From the NCBI GenBank assembly GCA_031256655.1, contig JAIRQD010000028.1, positions 1-51,645 of the forward strand: DNA of 51,645 nt, read 5' to 3'. Each line of letters begins with the position of its first letter. The first letter of the stretch is position 1. Below, in pieces: positions 27,339 to 36,152 of this stretch. This DNA is from Treponema sp. Lineage in GTDB: Bacteria; Spirochaetota; Spirochaetia; Treponematales; Breznakiellaceae. The translations under genes were made by a program, and so were the position numbers. The notes beneath the pieces are model-generated. The model had not been told where the DNA came from and ran no database searches. It saw nothing but the letters and a program-made list of their open reading frames with translations.

Positions 27339-28627
27339 AAAAAAATCTTTTACTCTTTGCGTTTATCGCGCTTTTGTCCTTAGGATGCCAAAAGTTTCCG
27401 CAGCTGCTTGGACCATCAGACTTTTTGGATACCGATAATCCCGGCTGGGAAACAGCCTTCAGGGGTTTTTGGGTTGGAATGAACTATAACTATGTTTTTT
27501 GGGACATTGATCCCACAAATTGGGATGATATTTACACCGCATTCCGCCCCAGATTTGCCGCTTTGGATGCTTCAGGGCTGAACGCGCAGGAAAAATTCAA
27601 ACAAGCGCGCCAGTATTTTGTTGAAATGACTGAAAACCTGATTGACGGTCACTTTGTTTTGCTGCTTGAAGGCGATCTTCAGGGAATCAGCCCTTCAATG
27701 CAGCGATTTTTCCGTCAGTTTGGAGCCTGTTATTACGATGATTCCACATGGGAAGCCAGCGGCGTATTACGCTCAGAGATTATCGAAGGAGATTATTCGT
27801 ATGCGGCGCATTTTCATAATCTACTTACTACCAATCACCTTAGATCCGGAGCTTTACGGGTGCAGGCTCCAAATGTTGGAGGTTCAGAATATATAAACAA
27901 TTTTAACGCGATAGTTGGCAGGATTCCCCTTCCCGGAAATACTGAAAACAGTATTTTGTATATGCATTTTTCAGACTTTCACTGGACAGAAATTTTACGC
28001 AGAGTGAATGCCGGGGCAACTTCGTATTACAGTCAGGCGGCGACTGTTTTCACTTACTTTTATCAGAATCTTCACAATCAGGATGTTAAAGGGGTTATCG
28101 TTGATTTAAGAGGAAACGGCGGCGGAAGAATCAGTGACTTATCGCTTCTTTGGGGGCAAATGTTTTCGGCGCAAACGCATAAAATAGGTTACACAAGGCA
28201 GATGATGGGCGAAGGCCGCCTGCATTTTGCCCCGCTGATTCCTTTCACCATTTTGAATACTTCACAAACGCGGCGGAATTTAACAGTTCCCTTGGTGCTT
28301 TTGACGAACAACTTTTCAGTGTCTGCGGCGGAAATGAGCGCCTTATTTGTGCGTTCCCTTCCCAACGGCTTTTTGGTGGGTTCTTCCACATGGGGAGGAA
28401 CGGGAGCTTTAATCTCCAATTATGTTTTTAACGCCGGGCAATTTCAAACGCACAAAATTCAGTTGGCATATACCGCGTCAGTGCAAACACTGGACTTAAA
28501 CCGCCGAAGTTTTGAAGGCCGCGGCATTCCGCCTGATTTTTATGTGCCATTCAATTACCAGCAGTTTTCAAGCGGCGTTGACGCGCGCATTAAAAAGGCA
28601 ATTGAAGTAATAACGAATAATCAGTGA
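27335..28627 (+). CDS. S41 family peptidase lipoprotein
   Basis: LLSLGC lipobox, VIVDLRGNGGGRISDL, and the FSVSAAEM serine motif. Its ATG overlaps the upstream stop (ATGA). Confidence 0.75.
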   Translation: MKKNLLLFAFIALLSLGCQKFPQLLGPSDFLDTDNPGWETAFRGFWVGMNYNYVFWDIDPTNWDDIYTAFRPRFAALDASGLNAQEKFKQARQYFVEMTENLIDGHFVLLLEGDLQGISPSMQRFFRQFGACYYDDSTWEASGVLRSEIIEGDYSYAAHFHNLLTTNHLRSGALRVQAPNVGGSEYINNFNAIVGRIPLPGNTENSILYMHFSDFHWTEILRRVNAGATSYYSQAATVFTYFYQNLHNQDVKGVIVDLRGNGGGRISDLSLLWGQMFSAQTHKIGYTRQMMGEGRLHFAPLIPFTILNTSQTRRNLTVPLVLLTNNFSVSAAEMSALFVRSLPNGFLVGSSTWGGTGALISNYVFNAGQFQTHKIQLAYTASVQTLDLNRRSFEGRGIPPDFYVPFNYQQFSSGVDARIKKAIEVITNNQ

Positions 28628-28637
28628 ACCATCAAGT

Positions 28638-29876
28638 CTACTGAATGTTTCTAAAATGCCTGACCGAAAACAGCGCCACAGGAGCGGTCATTATTACAGC
28701 GGCAAAAAGCGCCAAAGCCGGAAACCAGTATAGCCACTCAAAAAGCCAGCCAAAGAGCAATTGCCCGACAGGAAGCGCGGCAATAACAAACGCCATAACA
28801 ACGGCGCTGATTTTGCCGACAATTTCCTTGGGCGATTTAAGCTGCGCGTAAGCCATAATTTGAATGACCACAATTTGTGTTGTAAGCAAAATCGCGGCGG
28901 CGCTTACTGTGACGATAAAAAACGACAATTCGTAAGGAATACCCGGCAGCAAAACAAGAGCTGCCAAAAGAATTGAAAATGAGCAAATGGCAAAAAGCCA
29001 ATGCGCCTTGCTGATGGGCAGTTTTTTATCAAGGCTGCCGATTAAAATGCCGCCGAGCACCCCGCCGCCCATCATTACCCCCTGACTAAGCGCCAAAAGC
29101 CGCATGTCAAGGCTGAGCGTCTGAATAACCAAAACCGGAAGCCCGACAAGAATCATACCAACCGAAGCTATTGAAAACAAAAAAATCAGCAAAGAAATGT
29201 TTCCAATTTCAGGCTTTTCTTTTGTCATGAAATGAAGGCTTTTTTGCAAATCTGACTTTACCATTTCCCAAAACTTTTCAGGTGGGTTTTGCTTTTGATT
29301 TGGGATTTGCAAAAACAAATCCAAAATTACCACTAAAGCGAAAATCGCCCCGCACGCAGCCAGCACCGGAAAAATGCCGAATTGCGCGTAAAGGATGGTT
29401 CCGAGCGCCGGGCCTGTGGCATTTGCAAGGGAAAAAATCAAATTGGCAACGGCGTTGGCGGGAACCAGCTTGTCCATGGGAACCAAAAAGCGCACGCTTG
29501 CCAGGGCAGTCGGCATATAAATGCCTTGAAGGACGTTTAACGCAAACAGTTTCACCACAATTACCGGCACGGCGGCGGCAAAATGGTTTGTAATAAGCAG
29601 ATACAAAACGATAATCGCTGCCGTGCACGAGTCCACCATAATTATGATACGTTTCTTTTTTCCCCGGTCAGCGACAACGCCACCAAGTGGTGTCATCAGT
29701 ATCAGCGGGATTCCGGCAAGGGCAAGCACAAGCCCAAAAAGCGCCGGAGAGCCGCTTAAGTCCAAAATGTACAGCGGAAGGACAAAACTAAGCGTTGTGT
29801 TGGCAAAAAGGGCAAGCACCTGCACAACCGTTAAAAGGGAAAAATCTCTGTTCCATAAGATAGTATTTTTTTCCAT
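28638..29876 (-). CDS. MFS transporter
   Basis: 12-TM pattern and GGVVADRGKKKR loop 2-3 motif. Confidence 0.8.
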   Translation of the reverse strand: MEKNTILWNRDFSLLTVVQVLALFANTTLSFVLPLYILDLSGSPALFGLVLALAGIPLILMTPLGGVVADRGKKKRIIIMVDSCTAAIIVLYLLITNHFAAAVPVIVVKLFALNVLQGIYMPTALASVRFLVPMDKLVPANAVANLIFSLANATGPALGTILYAQFGIFPVLAACGAIFALVVILDLFLQIPNQKQNPPEKFWEMVKSDLQKSLHFMTKEKPEIGNISLLIFLFSIASVGMILVGLPVLVIQTLSLDMRLLALSQGVMMGGGVLGGILIGSLDKKLPISKAHWLFAICSFSILLAALVLLPGIPYELSFFIVTVSAAAILLTTQIVVIQIMAYAQLKSPKEIVGKISAVVMAFVIAALPVGQLLFGWLFEWLYWFPALALFAAVIMTAPVALFSVRHFRNIQ

Positions 29877-30008
29877 AGAGTGAGTCTGCGTGTATTCTAG
29901 CGGTGGGCTTTTTTGCTGTCAAGTGAAGCGAAAACATGCCATGACACCAAATAGCAATAAAAGTTGCAGAAAATGTGCTTTTTTATGCGGAATTCGCGTT
30001 TTTTTGTA

Positions 30009-30036
30009 TTGACGAAATTACAAAATGTGTCATAAT
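30009..30036 (+). promoter_or_regulatory. Candidate sigma-70 promoter
   Basis: TTGACG-16-CATAAT, about 35 nt upstream of the ATG at 30072. AGGAG RBS. Confidence 0.45.
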
Positions 30037-30071
30037 GTTGCAAACTATATGAACAGGAGTAGAGGTATTTT

Positions 30072-31817
30072 ATGCTTAAATTTAGCGATTACATTTCGGA
30101 TATGCCGGATTGCCCACACCAGAACTTCGCCCAGTTGGTTGAGCAAGTAGCAAATGACCACGGCGACAGGGATGCAATTTTGCACCGTACCGGCGGCCAG
30201 AAGGAATTCACCCGCTGGACATATTTACGCTTTGCCAATGAATGCAAACGCATTGCGCACGGGCTTCTTGCGGCAGGTTTAGAAAAAGGCGACCGCGTTG
30301 TATTGTGGTCGGAAAACCGCCCTGAATGGATGGCGGTGTGGATGGGAACTGCCATTGCGGGTGTTTCAATTGTGCCTGTGGACTTCCTTATCACCGAAAA
30401 AGAATGCCTTAACATCATGAAAATTACACGCGCAAAGGCATTTTTCTATTCCAAATCAAAAAAAGACTTTTCAGCGTCTTTAGCAAGCGAAGGATTAGGG
30501 CTTGCCGCCAACGTGTGCATTAACCCGGAAGAAGGCGATGGCGATGGGGAATATTACAGTTTCGGCAAAGGCGCAAGCGCCAAAGCACTCCCCTCCCCTG
30601 ACAGCATTCCAGGCGACTTTCCGGCGTCAATTGTCTTCACTTCCGGGACAACCGGCGTTGCAAAAGGCGTAACCTTATCGCACAAAAGCATTATCGCCAA
30701 CGCAAGTGCGGCGATTCGAATACTTGAACCGGTTTCCACAGACGTGTTCCTTGACGTATTGCCCCTGCACCACACCTATTCCACAACCGCCTGCTTTATC
30801 GCGCCCATAATGGTCGGTATTCCTACGGTTATCGTGGAAAAAACCTTAGGCGATGTTATTCGTGCAGATGCGCGGGATGCAGGCGTTACGTTTTTCATCG
30901 GCGTTCCCCTGCTTTTCGACAAGTTTATGGCGGGCGCGGAAAAGAAAATCACCGGCATCAAAAAGTTCCTCTTAAGCTCCCCGCGCAAAAAAGCGCTTGC
31001 AGAGGCAAAAGCCGGCCGCCCCGCCTTCGGACAAAACCACTCTCTCTTAAAGAAAGTGCGGGCAAAGTTTGACCTTGCCTCGGTGCGTATGATGGTCGCA
31101 GGCGGCGGTCCCTTAAACCCGGCAACAGCGGACTTTTTCGATTCGCTTGGCTTTAACATTGTGCAGGGCTACGGCATGAGCGAAAACGCTCCCCTTATCA
31201 GCGTAAACACACCCAAGCACAAACGCAACGAATCGGTGGGGCTTCCTGTAATACACACCAAGGTGAAAATTTTTGAACCCAATGCGGAAGGCATAGGCGA
31301 AATTGCCTGTACTTCTCCTTCGGTAATGATTGGCTACTTTGAAAACAAAGAAGCGACCGACGAAGTGATCAAGATGATTGACGGGGAAAGGTGGCTTTTC
31401 ACAGGCGACTTGGGAAAAATTGACAGTGATGGTTTTATCCACATCATGGGACGCAAGAAAAACCTCATTGTAACTTCAGCCGGAAAAAACATATACCCCG
31501 AAGAAATTGAAGTGCTTTTTAGCTCAAGGATAATTTCTGAAATCCTTGTTGTCGGCAGGAAGGAAAAAGACGGATCAGGTGAAATTATTTACGCTGTTGT
31601 CGTTCCCAACTACGACAACATCAAAGAAGACTTCCCCGGAAAAGAAAACGACGGGGCATTTATACGCAGCGAAGTGAAAAAGCTTGTAGAAAACGCGAAC
31701 CGGAACCTGCCCATTTACAAAAAGATAGGCGATTTCACACTGCGCAAAGAACAGTTTGAGAAAAACGCCCAGCAAAAAATCAAGCGCTTTTTGTACAAGG
31801 ATTACGAAAACGCTTAA
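30072..31817 (+). CDS. AMP-dependent synthetase (long-chain fatty acid-CoA ligase-like)
   Basis: FTSGTTGVAKGV, GYGMSE, TGDLGKIDSDGF and GRKKNLI motifs. Confidence 0.85.
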   Translation: MLKFSDYISDMPDCPHQNFAQLVEQVANDHGDRDAILHRTGGQKEFTRWTYLRFANECKRIAHGLLAAGLEKGDRVVLWSENRPEWMAVWMGTAIAGVSIVPVDFLITEKECLNIMKITRAKAFFYSKSKKDFSASLASEGLGLAANVCINPEEGDGDGEYYSFGKGASAKALPSPDSIPGDFPASIVFTSGTTGVAKGVTLSHKSIIANASAAIRILEPVSTDVFLDVLPLHHTYSTTACFIAPIMVGIPTVIVEKTLGDVIRADARDAGVTFFIGVPLLFDKFMAGAEKKITGIKKFLLSSPRKKALAEAKAGRPAFGQNHSLLKKVRAKFDLASVRMMVAGGGPLNPATADFFDSLGFNIVQGYGMSENAPLISVNTPKHKRNESVGLPVIHTKVKIFEPNAEGIGEIACTSPSVMIGYFENKEATDEVIKMIDGERWLFTGDLGKIDSDGFIHIMGRKKNLIVTSAGKNIYPEEIEVLFSSRIISEILVVGRKEKDGSGEIIYAVVVPNYDNIKEDFPGKENDGAFIRSEVKKLVENANRNLPIYKKIGDFTLRKEQFEKNAQQKIKRFLYKDYENA

Positions 31818-31832
31818 GGGAAGCGCCTAAAA

Positions 31833-31863
31833 AAAGGCTATGCGGACTTCCCGCATAGCCTTT
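31833..31863. terminator. Bidirectional intrinsic terminator
   Basis: A 13 bp stem AAAGGCTATGCGG-acttc-CCGCATAGCCTTT, flanked by an A-run and a T-run, between convergent genes. Confidence 0.75.
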
Positions 31864-31867
31864 GCTG

Positions 31868-32596
31868 TTACCAGGATTTCTCCCCTTCGCCCGGGTGAAA
31901 CATATACAAGTTGGGTATTTTATACGTTCTTTTTAGATCAAAAGAGTTCGGCACATGGGCTTCACTTGTCACAGGAACTTTAAAAATATGCGTTAGCTCT
32001 TCGAACTCACCTGATGTCACCCTAAGCGTATACTCAAAAACCTTTTCCTCATCAGGCGAAGCGGCCTCGGCTGCAACAGGCCAGAAACTGAAAGTTCCTT
32101 CCGTGTTGGAAACCATGTGGTATGGATTTTGCCAGTTGCCGTCCTTCATGTGCAAAAGCTCTCCGTCGTATAACAGATCAACCTTTGCGTCAGATATGGG
32201 CGCGAATTTATTGCCGTCATAAATCCTCCCCATAATCACAGGAATGTTGAAAACCGGTGTGTTGTTATCTTCATTTGCTTTTTTCCCATACGACCCGTGG
32301 GCAAAGTTCGGGCGGCGGTTGTGATTTACCTGCCGTAAGCCCTCGTGGATCAAAGTTGCAATGTCAGCAATTTCTTGCTGGTGCTCTATTATTTCCCGCT
32401 GGATGCGGGAAACCCCGCGGTTGGACATAATGTAATATGGCCGCACACGATTTAATGTATAACAGACAATATCCATCCTGCACTGGTCGCAGGCGCAGTA
32501 TTTGAGCATATTGTCCAAACTTTTCTCCATCGTGTCAAAGATTTCGTTTACTCTGGTTATTACCATTTCTTCCATCATGTTATGCAATCCCATCAT
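31868..32596 (-). CDS. ComFB-domain protein fused to a beta-sandwich (CarboxypepD_reg-like) C-terminal domain
   Basis: N-terminus EEMVITRVNEIFDTM...CACDQCRMDIVCYTLNRVRPYY is ComFB-like. C-terminal part reads GRIYDGNKFAPISDAKVDLL...NTEGTFSFW. The start may instead be 32578 or 32575. Confidence 0.65.
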   Translation of the reverse strand: MMGLHNMMEEMVITRVNEIFDTMEKSLDNMLKYCACDQCRMDIVCYTLNRVRPYYIMSNRGVSRIQREIIEHQQEIADIATLIHEGLRQVNHNRRPNFAHGSYGKKANEDNNTPVFNIPVIMGRIYDGNKFAPISDAKVDLLYDGELLHMKDGNWQNPYHMVSNTEGTFSFWPVAAEAASPDEEKVFEYTLRVTSGEFEELTHIFKVPVTSEAHVPNSFDLKRTYKIPNLYMFHPGEGEKSW

Positions 32597-33902
32597 TGCC
32601 CCCTGTACATAGTTTCAACGATTTTTCGACGATATGCAATATCCTTTCGTGATTTTTTTTAATTTCTGCATCATGCCGCGGATCAACAAAAACCCGTATA
32701 ATGCGAAGTGAACTTACAAAAGCCTCAAGGCTGTTCCCCTTGAAAATGTTCGAAGCATCAGAAAGATTACAATTGCTGTCGGCTACAAAAAGACCGCTTT
32801 CAAACGAAATTGGCTCCGGTAAATCAACAATAATCTCATCCCCGCTAATGCTCTTTCCAAAAACAGAGGAAATCTCATTGGCAAGGCTTTCTTCAAGCTG
32901 CAAACGCCTTGTAAGTTCAAGGCGTTTTGCGTGAACGTTTGAGTCAAAAGGGATTTCTGCCGCGGTTATGAAAAGCCTGCCGTTTGAAACAGCGTCCACA
33001 AGGCTTGAAAAGCGGCCTAAATGCTCCCTGGCAAGGGAAAAAAGCCCCTGATCGTCCAGGTTATACAGCTCTTCGGCGGCAATGGACGAAGATTCAAGAC
33101 CGCAAAGAAGCGCTTTTTTTACCATTGCTGTCGCTGCCCTCACGCTTTTGTGCCAATAAACGGCGCGGTACATAAGGTATTTGGAAAAAAGCAGGGATTC
33201 AACAGCGTGCACACCCCTGGAATCAATATCCACCCCGCGCTTGTGATGGGGATGAAGCCGTGAAAGAATAAAATCTACATCTTGAGCGCCGTAGGGCACG
33301 CCGCAACAGCGTCCGTCACGGCTTAAATAATCCAACTTGTCAGGGTCAAGCGCCCCGGATAAAAGCTTTCTGAAAAACCGGACTTCGCTGTTTTCACTGC
33401 CAAAAGGATCTTTGGTATCAACAATGGCGGCGGCAAAATAAGGATCCCCGCCGGCGGCTGAAACAAGGCTTTTCAAAGGCTCCGCCCTTATCAGATCACC
33501 TGTTAGCGATTCATGCTCCCTGAGCGGCAGCTCTTTAAGCGAGTGTGTGTAGGGAAAATGCCCTGAGTCATGCAAAAGACACGCGCACAGAAAGGACTTC
33601 ACCCCTTCAAATGAAAGCCACTCATCAGCCCCTTTTTCGGCAAGGTGGTTTAAAAGCCTGCGGCCAAGGTGGTACACGCCAAAGGAATGGCTTGCACGGG
33701 TGTGAGCGGCTCCGGGATACACCCTGAACGTAGGTCCCAACTGCAAAATGCGATGCAGCCGCGTAAAAGGAGGTGAGTCGGCGATGGATGCCAAAGCAGG
33801 GGTAAGGTAAATGTGCCCCCACAGCATATCCCTAACCGGTTCTGAATAATCGTCAAGAAGCGCAGAGCGGACGCTTTTCTTCATGCCCGTCCATGGTACC
33901 AT
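32580..33902 (-). CDS. HD-domain phosphohydrolase (SAMHD1/dGTPase-like)
   Basis: RASHSFGVYHL and CLLHDSGHFPYTHSLKE, later LDYLSRD. Confidence 0.75.
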   Translation of the reverse strand: MVPWTGMKKSVRSALLDDYSEPVRDMLWGHIYLTPALASIADSPPFTRLHRILQLGPTFRVYPGAAHTRASHSFGVYHLGRRLLNHLAEKGADEWLSFEGVKSFLCACLLHDSGHFPYTHSLKELPLREHESLTGDLIRAEPLKSLVSAAGGDPYFAAAIVDTKDPFGSENSEVRFFRKLLSGALDPDKLDYLSRDGRCCGVPYGAQDVDFILSRLHPHHKRGVDIDSRGVHAVESLLFSKYLMYRAVYWHKSVRAATAMVKKALLCGLESSSIAAEELYNLDDQGLFSLAREHLGRFSSLVDAVSNGRLFITAAEIPFDSNVHAKRLELTRRLQLEESLANEISSVFGKSISGDEIIVDLPEPISFESGLFVADSNCNLSDASNIFKGNSLEAFVSSLRIIRVFVDPRHDAEIKKNHERILHIVEKSLKLCTGGNDGIA

Positions 33903-33923
33903 ACAATTATCTTCCGCGCAATG

Positions 33924-33952
33924 TTGCCCTTGGGAAAAAAAAGTTGTATAGT
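33924..33952 (+). promoter_or_regulatory. Candidate promoter, possibly producing a leaderless mRNA
   Basis: TTGCCC-17-TATAGT with TG just upstream. The -10 ends 6 nt before the ATG at 33959. Confidence 0.4.
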
Positions 33953-33958
33953 TTATGT

Positions 33959-34552
33959 ATGATGCATGTCGTTTATATTAACCAAATCCTTCGTTCTTTT
34001 ACCTGCGCTTTGCTTTTGCTTTTTTTGCTCGCTCCTTTCGCTTTTTCTCAAGAAGAGGAACAGGATGCTCAAGCGCCTGTCATGGTGAGAACCGTTCCAG
34101 AAGCGCTGCGCAGACCCCTTCGCGGGGAGATTCCCCACTATCCGCAGGATTTTGTTATCGGCGAACTTGGGCGCGGAAACGCTTCTGAAGAAGCCTACCG
34201 CTTTGCGCTCAACTTAATTTCATCACTTCAAGCCGGAAATACCCAGGCGGCGATTTTTACTGGCGTTTCCCAGGTCATGCTGTCAAGCCTTACCGAAGAA
34301 ATATCAGAGATACAACCACTTGCAATCAGAGTCGGCGGCGGGAGAACGCAAATAGACGGATCAATCTCTTTTTTGGTGCGTTTCATAGGCAGAGAGGAAA
34401 GTATAACCGGGGAACTTTTTTTGTTTCCTTCCCCTGCCGATGATGTCCAAAGCTACCGCTTTGACGATTTGCTTCTTGAGCCGCGCCAAAGTCTTGCCGA
34501 CATAAGGGGTGAAACTCCTTTTGTATTTTCCCCGCATCAGAGGTTTTTTTAA
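33959..34552 (+). CDS. Secreted hypothetical protein
   Basis: Taking the start at the MM at 33959 gives the signal peptide FTCALLLLFLLAPFAFSQEE. The 33893 start would overlap the divergent HD gene. Confidence 0.6.
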   Translation: MMHVVYINQILRSFTCALLLLFLLAPFAFSQEEEQDAQAPVMVRTVPEALRRPLRGEIPHYPQDFVIGELGRGNASEEAYRFALNLISSLQAGNTQAAIFTGVSQVMLSSLTEEISEIQPLAIRVGGGRTQIDGSISFLVRFIGREESITGELFLFPSPADDVQSYRFDDLLLEPRQSLADIRGETPFVFSPHQRFF

Positions 34553-34566
34553 GACAGAAGGACAGT

Positions 34567-35799
34567 ATGGCAACACCGGTCAAACGCATCGAAAAAGATT
34601 TTCTTCTAAAAGTGCTTTATGATGAGAAAATTCCTGTCATGTGCCTTAAAGGGCAAACCCAATACATTCTCAAACAGGATAAACCGACAAAAGGGCAAAT
34701 TAATTTTATAAGCGACAGGCCAATTGAAGAAATAAAGGTAAGAAAAAAAATCGATCTTGTATTTGATTACCGGGGACAGGTAATCACTTTTTCAGCCGAA
34801 GTTTTGGATTTCAAAGACACAAGGATTACCGTAAAAGAACCTGTGTTTTTGTATAAAGACCTTGCGCGCTCTTTTGCCCGTGTTTCTGCCGCCCCAAAAT
34901 TTGATGTGCAGTTTATGCTTGCAGGCGACCGATATTCGCTTTCCTATCCGAAAGTAGATGAATATGAAGTAACAAGTGAAGAGGACTTTTTAAAAAACAT
35001 AGACCCAAAAAACTTAAGCGGTCTTATCGATCAAATGTCAGAATGGATAAAGGGTTTTGCGTCATCATGCAAACTGGTTGTTTTTAAGGACGTAAAACCT
35101 GAAAGCATCGAAGAGCGCCTGCTTGCCGAAACGGGGAAGGCTTTTTATCTGCCTTCAACTCAAGCCCCTTTTCCCGATGAAGATCCCCACCCCAGAAAGC
35201 GTTTTATTACATCAGAGATTTTCAGGCGTTATTTGGAAAGCACAGGAGTTGAGCCTAGGTTTTTGGATGATGCTTGTGAACGTTTTGTAAAGCGCAAGTT
35301 TGAAGACGGGATTTTTTCGGATCTGTGGATACCAATTCTCTTTCAGGAATATGTTGTTGGGTATATTCATATCTGGACAAACTCTGAAACAGAACCGCCT
35401 TTTGATTACAACGTTGTTGAAACGCTTTTTCAGTTCACAAAAATTTTGGCAAACTCCCTTTGGATGAACGGTTACTTTGAAGCGGGAAAAATGAAAAAAG
35501 AGTCTTTTGAAGGTAAAATTATCGACATAAGCGCTTCGGGGCTTTTGTTTTCATACCCGCATTCGCCCTTGGCTTCAACATTGATTCCTGACAGCGAAAT
35601 CACCGTGCAGCTTGCCGTTCCGCGCCGTTCAGTTAACTGCAAGGCAAAAATTGTGCGGCGCTACAAGGATGCCACGCTTGGATACTTCGGCTGCAACTTC
35701 CTAGACATGGCACCTGAAGACATGCGCTTTCTTTTTGAGTATATCTACGGCAAGCCATTTACAGATTCGGATGCTGGTCTTCTTGCCGGGCACGTTTAG
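34567..35799 (+). CDS. PilZ-domain protein with a long N-terminal region
   Basis: C-terminal IIDISASGLLF matches DxSxxG and a beta-barrel pattern. GAAGGA RBS. Confidence 0.6.
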   Translation: MATPVKRIEKDFLLKVLYDEKIPVMCLKGQTQYILKQDKPTKGQINFISDRPIEEIKVRKKIDLVFDYRGQVITFSAEVLDFKDTRITVKEPVFLYKDLARSFARVSAAPKFDVQFMLAGDRYSLSYPKVDEYEVTSEEDFLKNIDPKNLSGLIDQMSEWIKGFASSCKLVVFKDVKPESIEERLLAETGKAFYLPSTQAPFPDEDPHPRKRFITSEIFRRYLESTGVEPRFLDDACERFVKRKFEDGIFSDLWIPILFQEYVVGYIHIWTNSETEPPFDYNVVETLFQFTKILANSLWMNGYFEAGKMKKESFEGKIIDISASGLLFSYPHSPLASTLIPDSEITVQLAVPRRSVNCKAKIVRRYKDATLGYFGCNFLDMAPEDMRFLFEYIYGKPFTDSDAGLLAGHV

Positions 35800-35804
35800 A
35801 CTTA

Positions 35805-36146
35805 TCACGCGTCAAGCAAGGAAACCGCCTCCTGCATGGAACGGGCTATTGTGAAGTAACCTTTAATCCTGCTCGTTTCAAGCGCATGCATTACAGGTCC
35901 TTCAACGGCAATGATAACAAGCGGACAGGAAAGTTTTCTCAATGTCGAAAAAATGCTTATCAGCGCGCCAATGCCTGAGGAATCAACACTTTTAATATCG
36001 CACATATTTATGATGAAGCGTTCAACCTTGTTTTTGTACACTTTCATCACAACATCTTTCAACTGATCAGCCCCGGAGAGATCCAGCACTCCGGAAAGCT
36101 GTAAAAGATATACGTCGCAACTATTTTTGCTGACTTTTATTTGCAC
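35805..36146 (-). CDS. STAS-domain anti-sigma-factor antagonist (SpoIIAA-like)
   Basis: MCDIKSVDSSGIGALI carries the conserved DSSG serine. Confidence 0.8.
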   Translation of the reverse strand: MQIKVSKNSCDVYLLQLSGVLDLSGADQLKDVVMKVYKNKVERFIINMCDIKSVDSSGIGALISIFSTLRKLSCPLVIIAVEGPVMHALETSRIKGYFTIARSMQEAVSLLDA

Positions 36147-36152
36147 GATCCT

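Noticed and set aside
20100-30000. Claim of a horizontally acquired island based on lower GC
   Set aside because: My spot counts of 60-nt samples gave about 40-48% here and about 63% in one sample at 8.4 kb. These were not systematic, so I treat this only as an impression.
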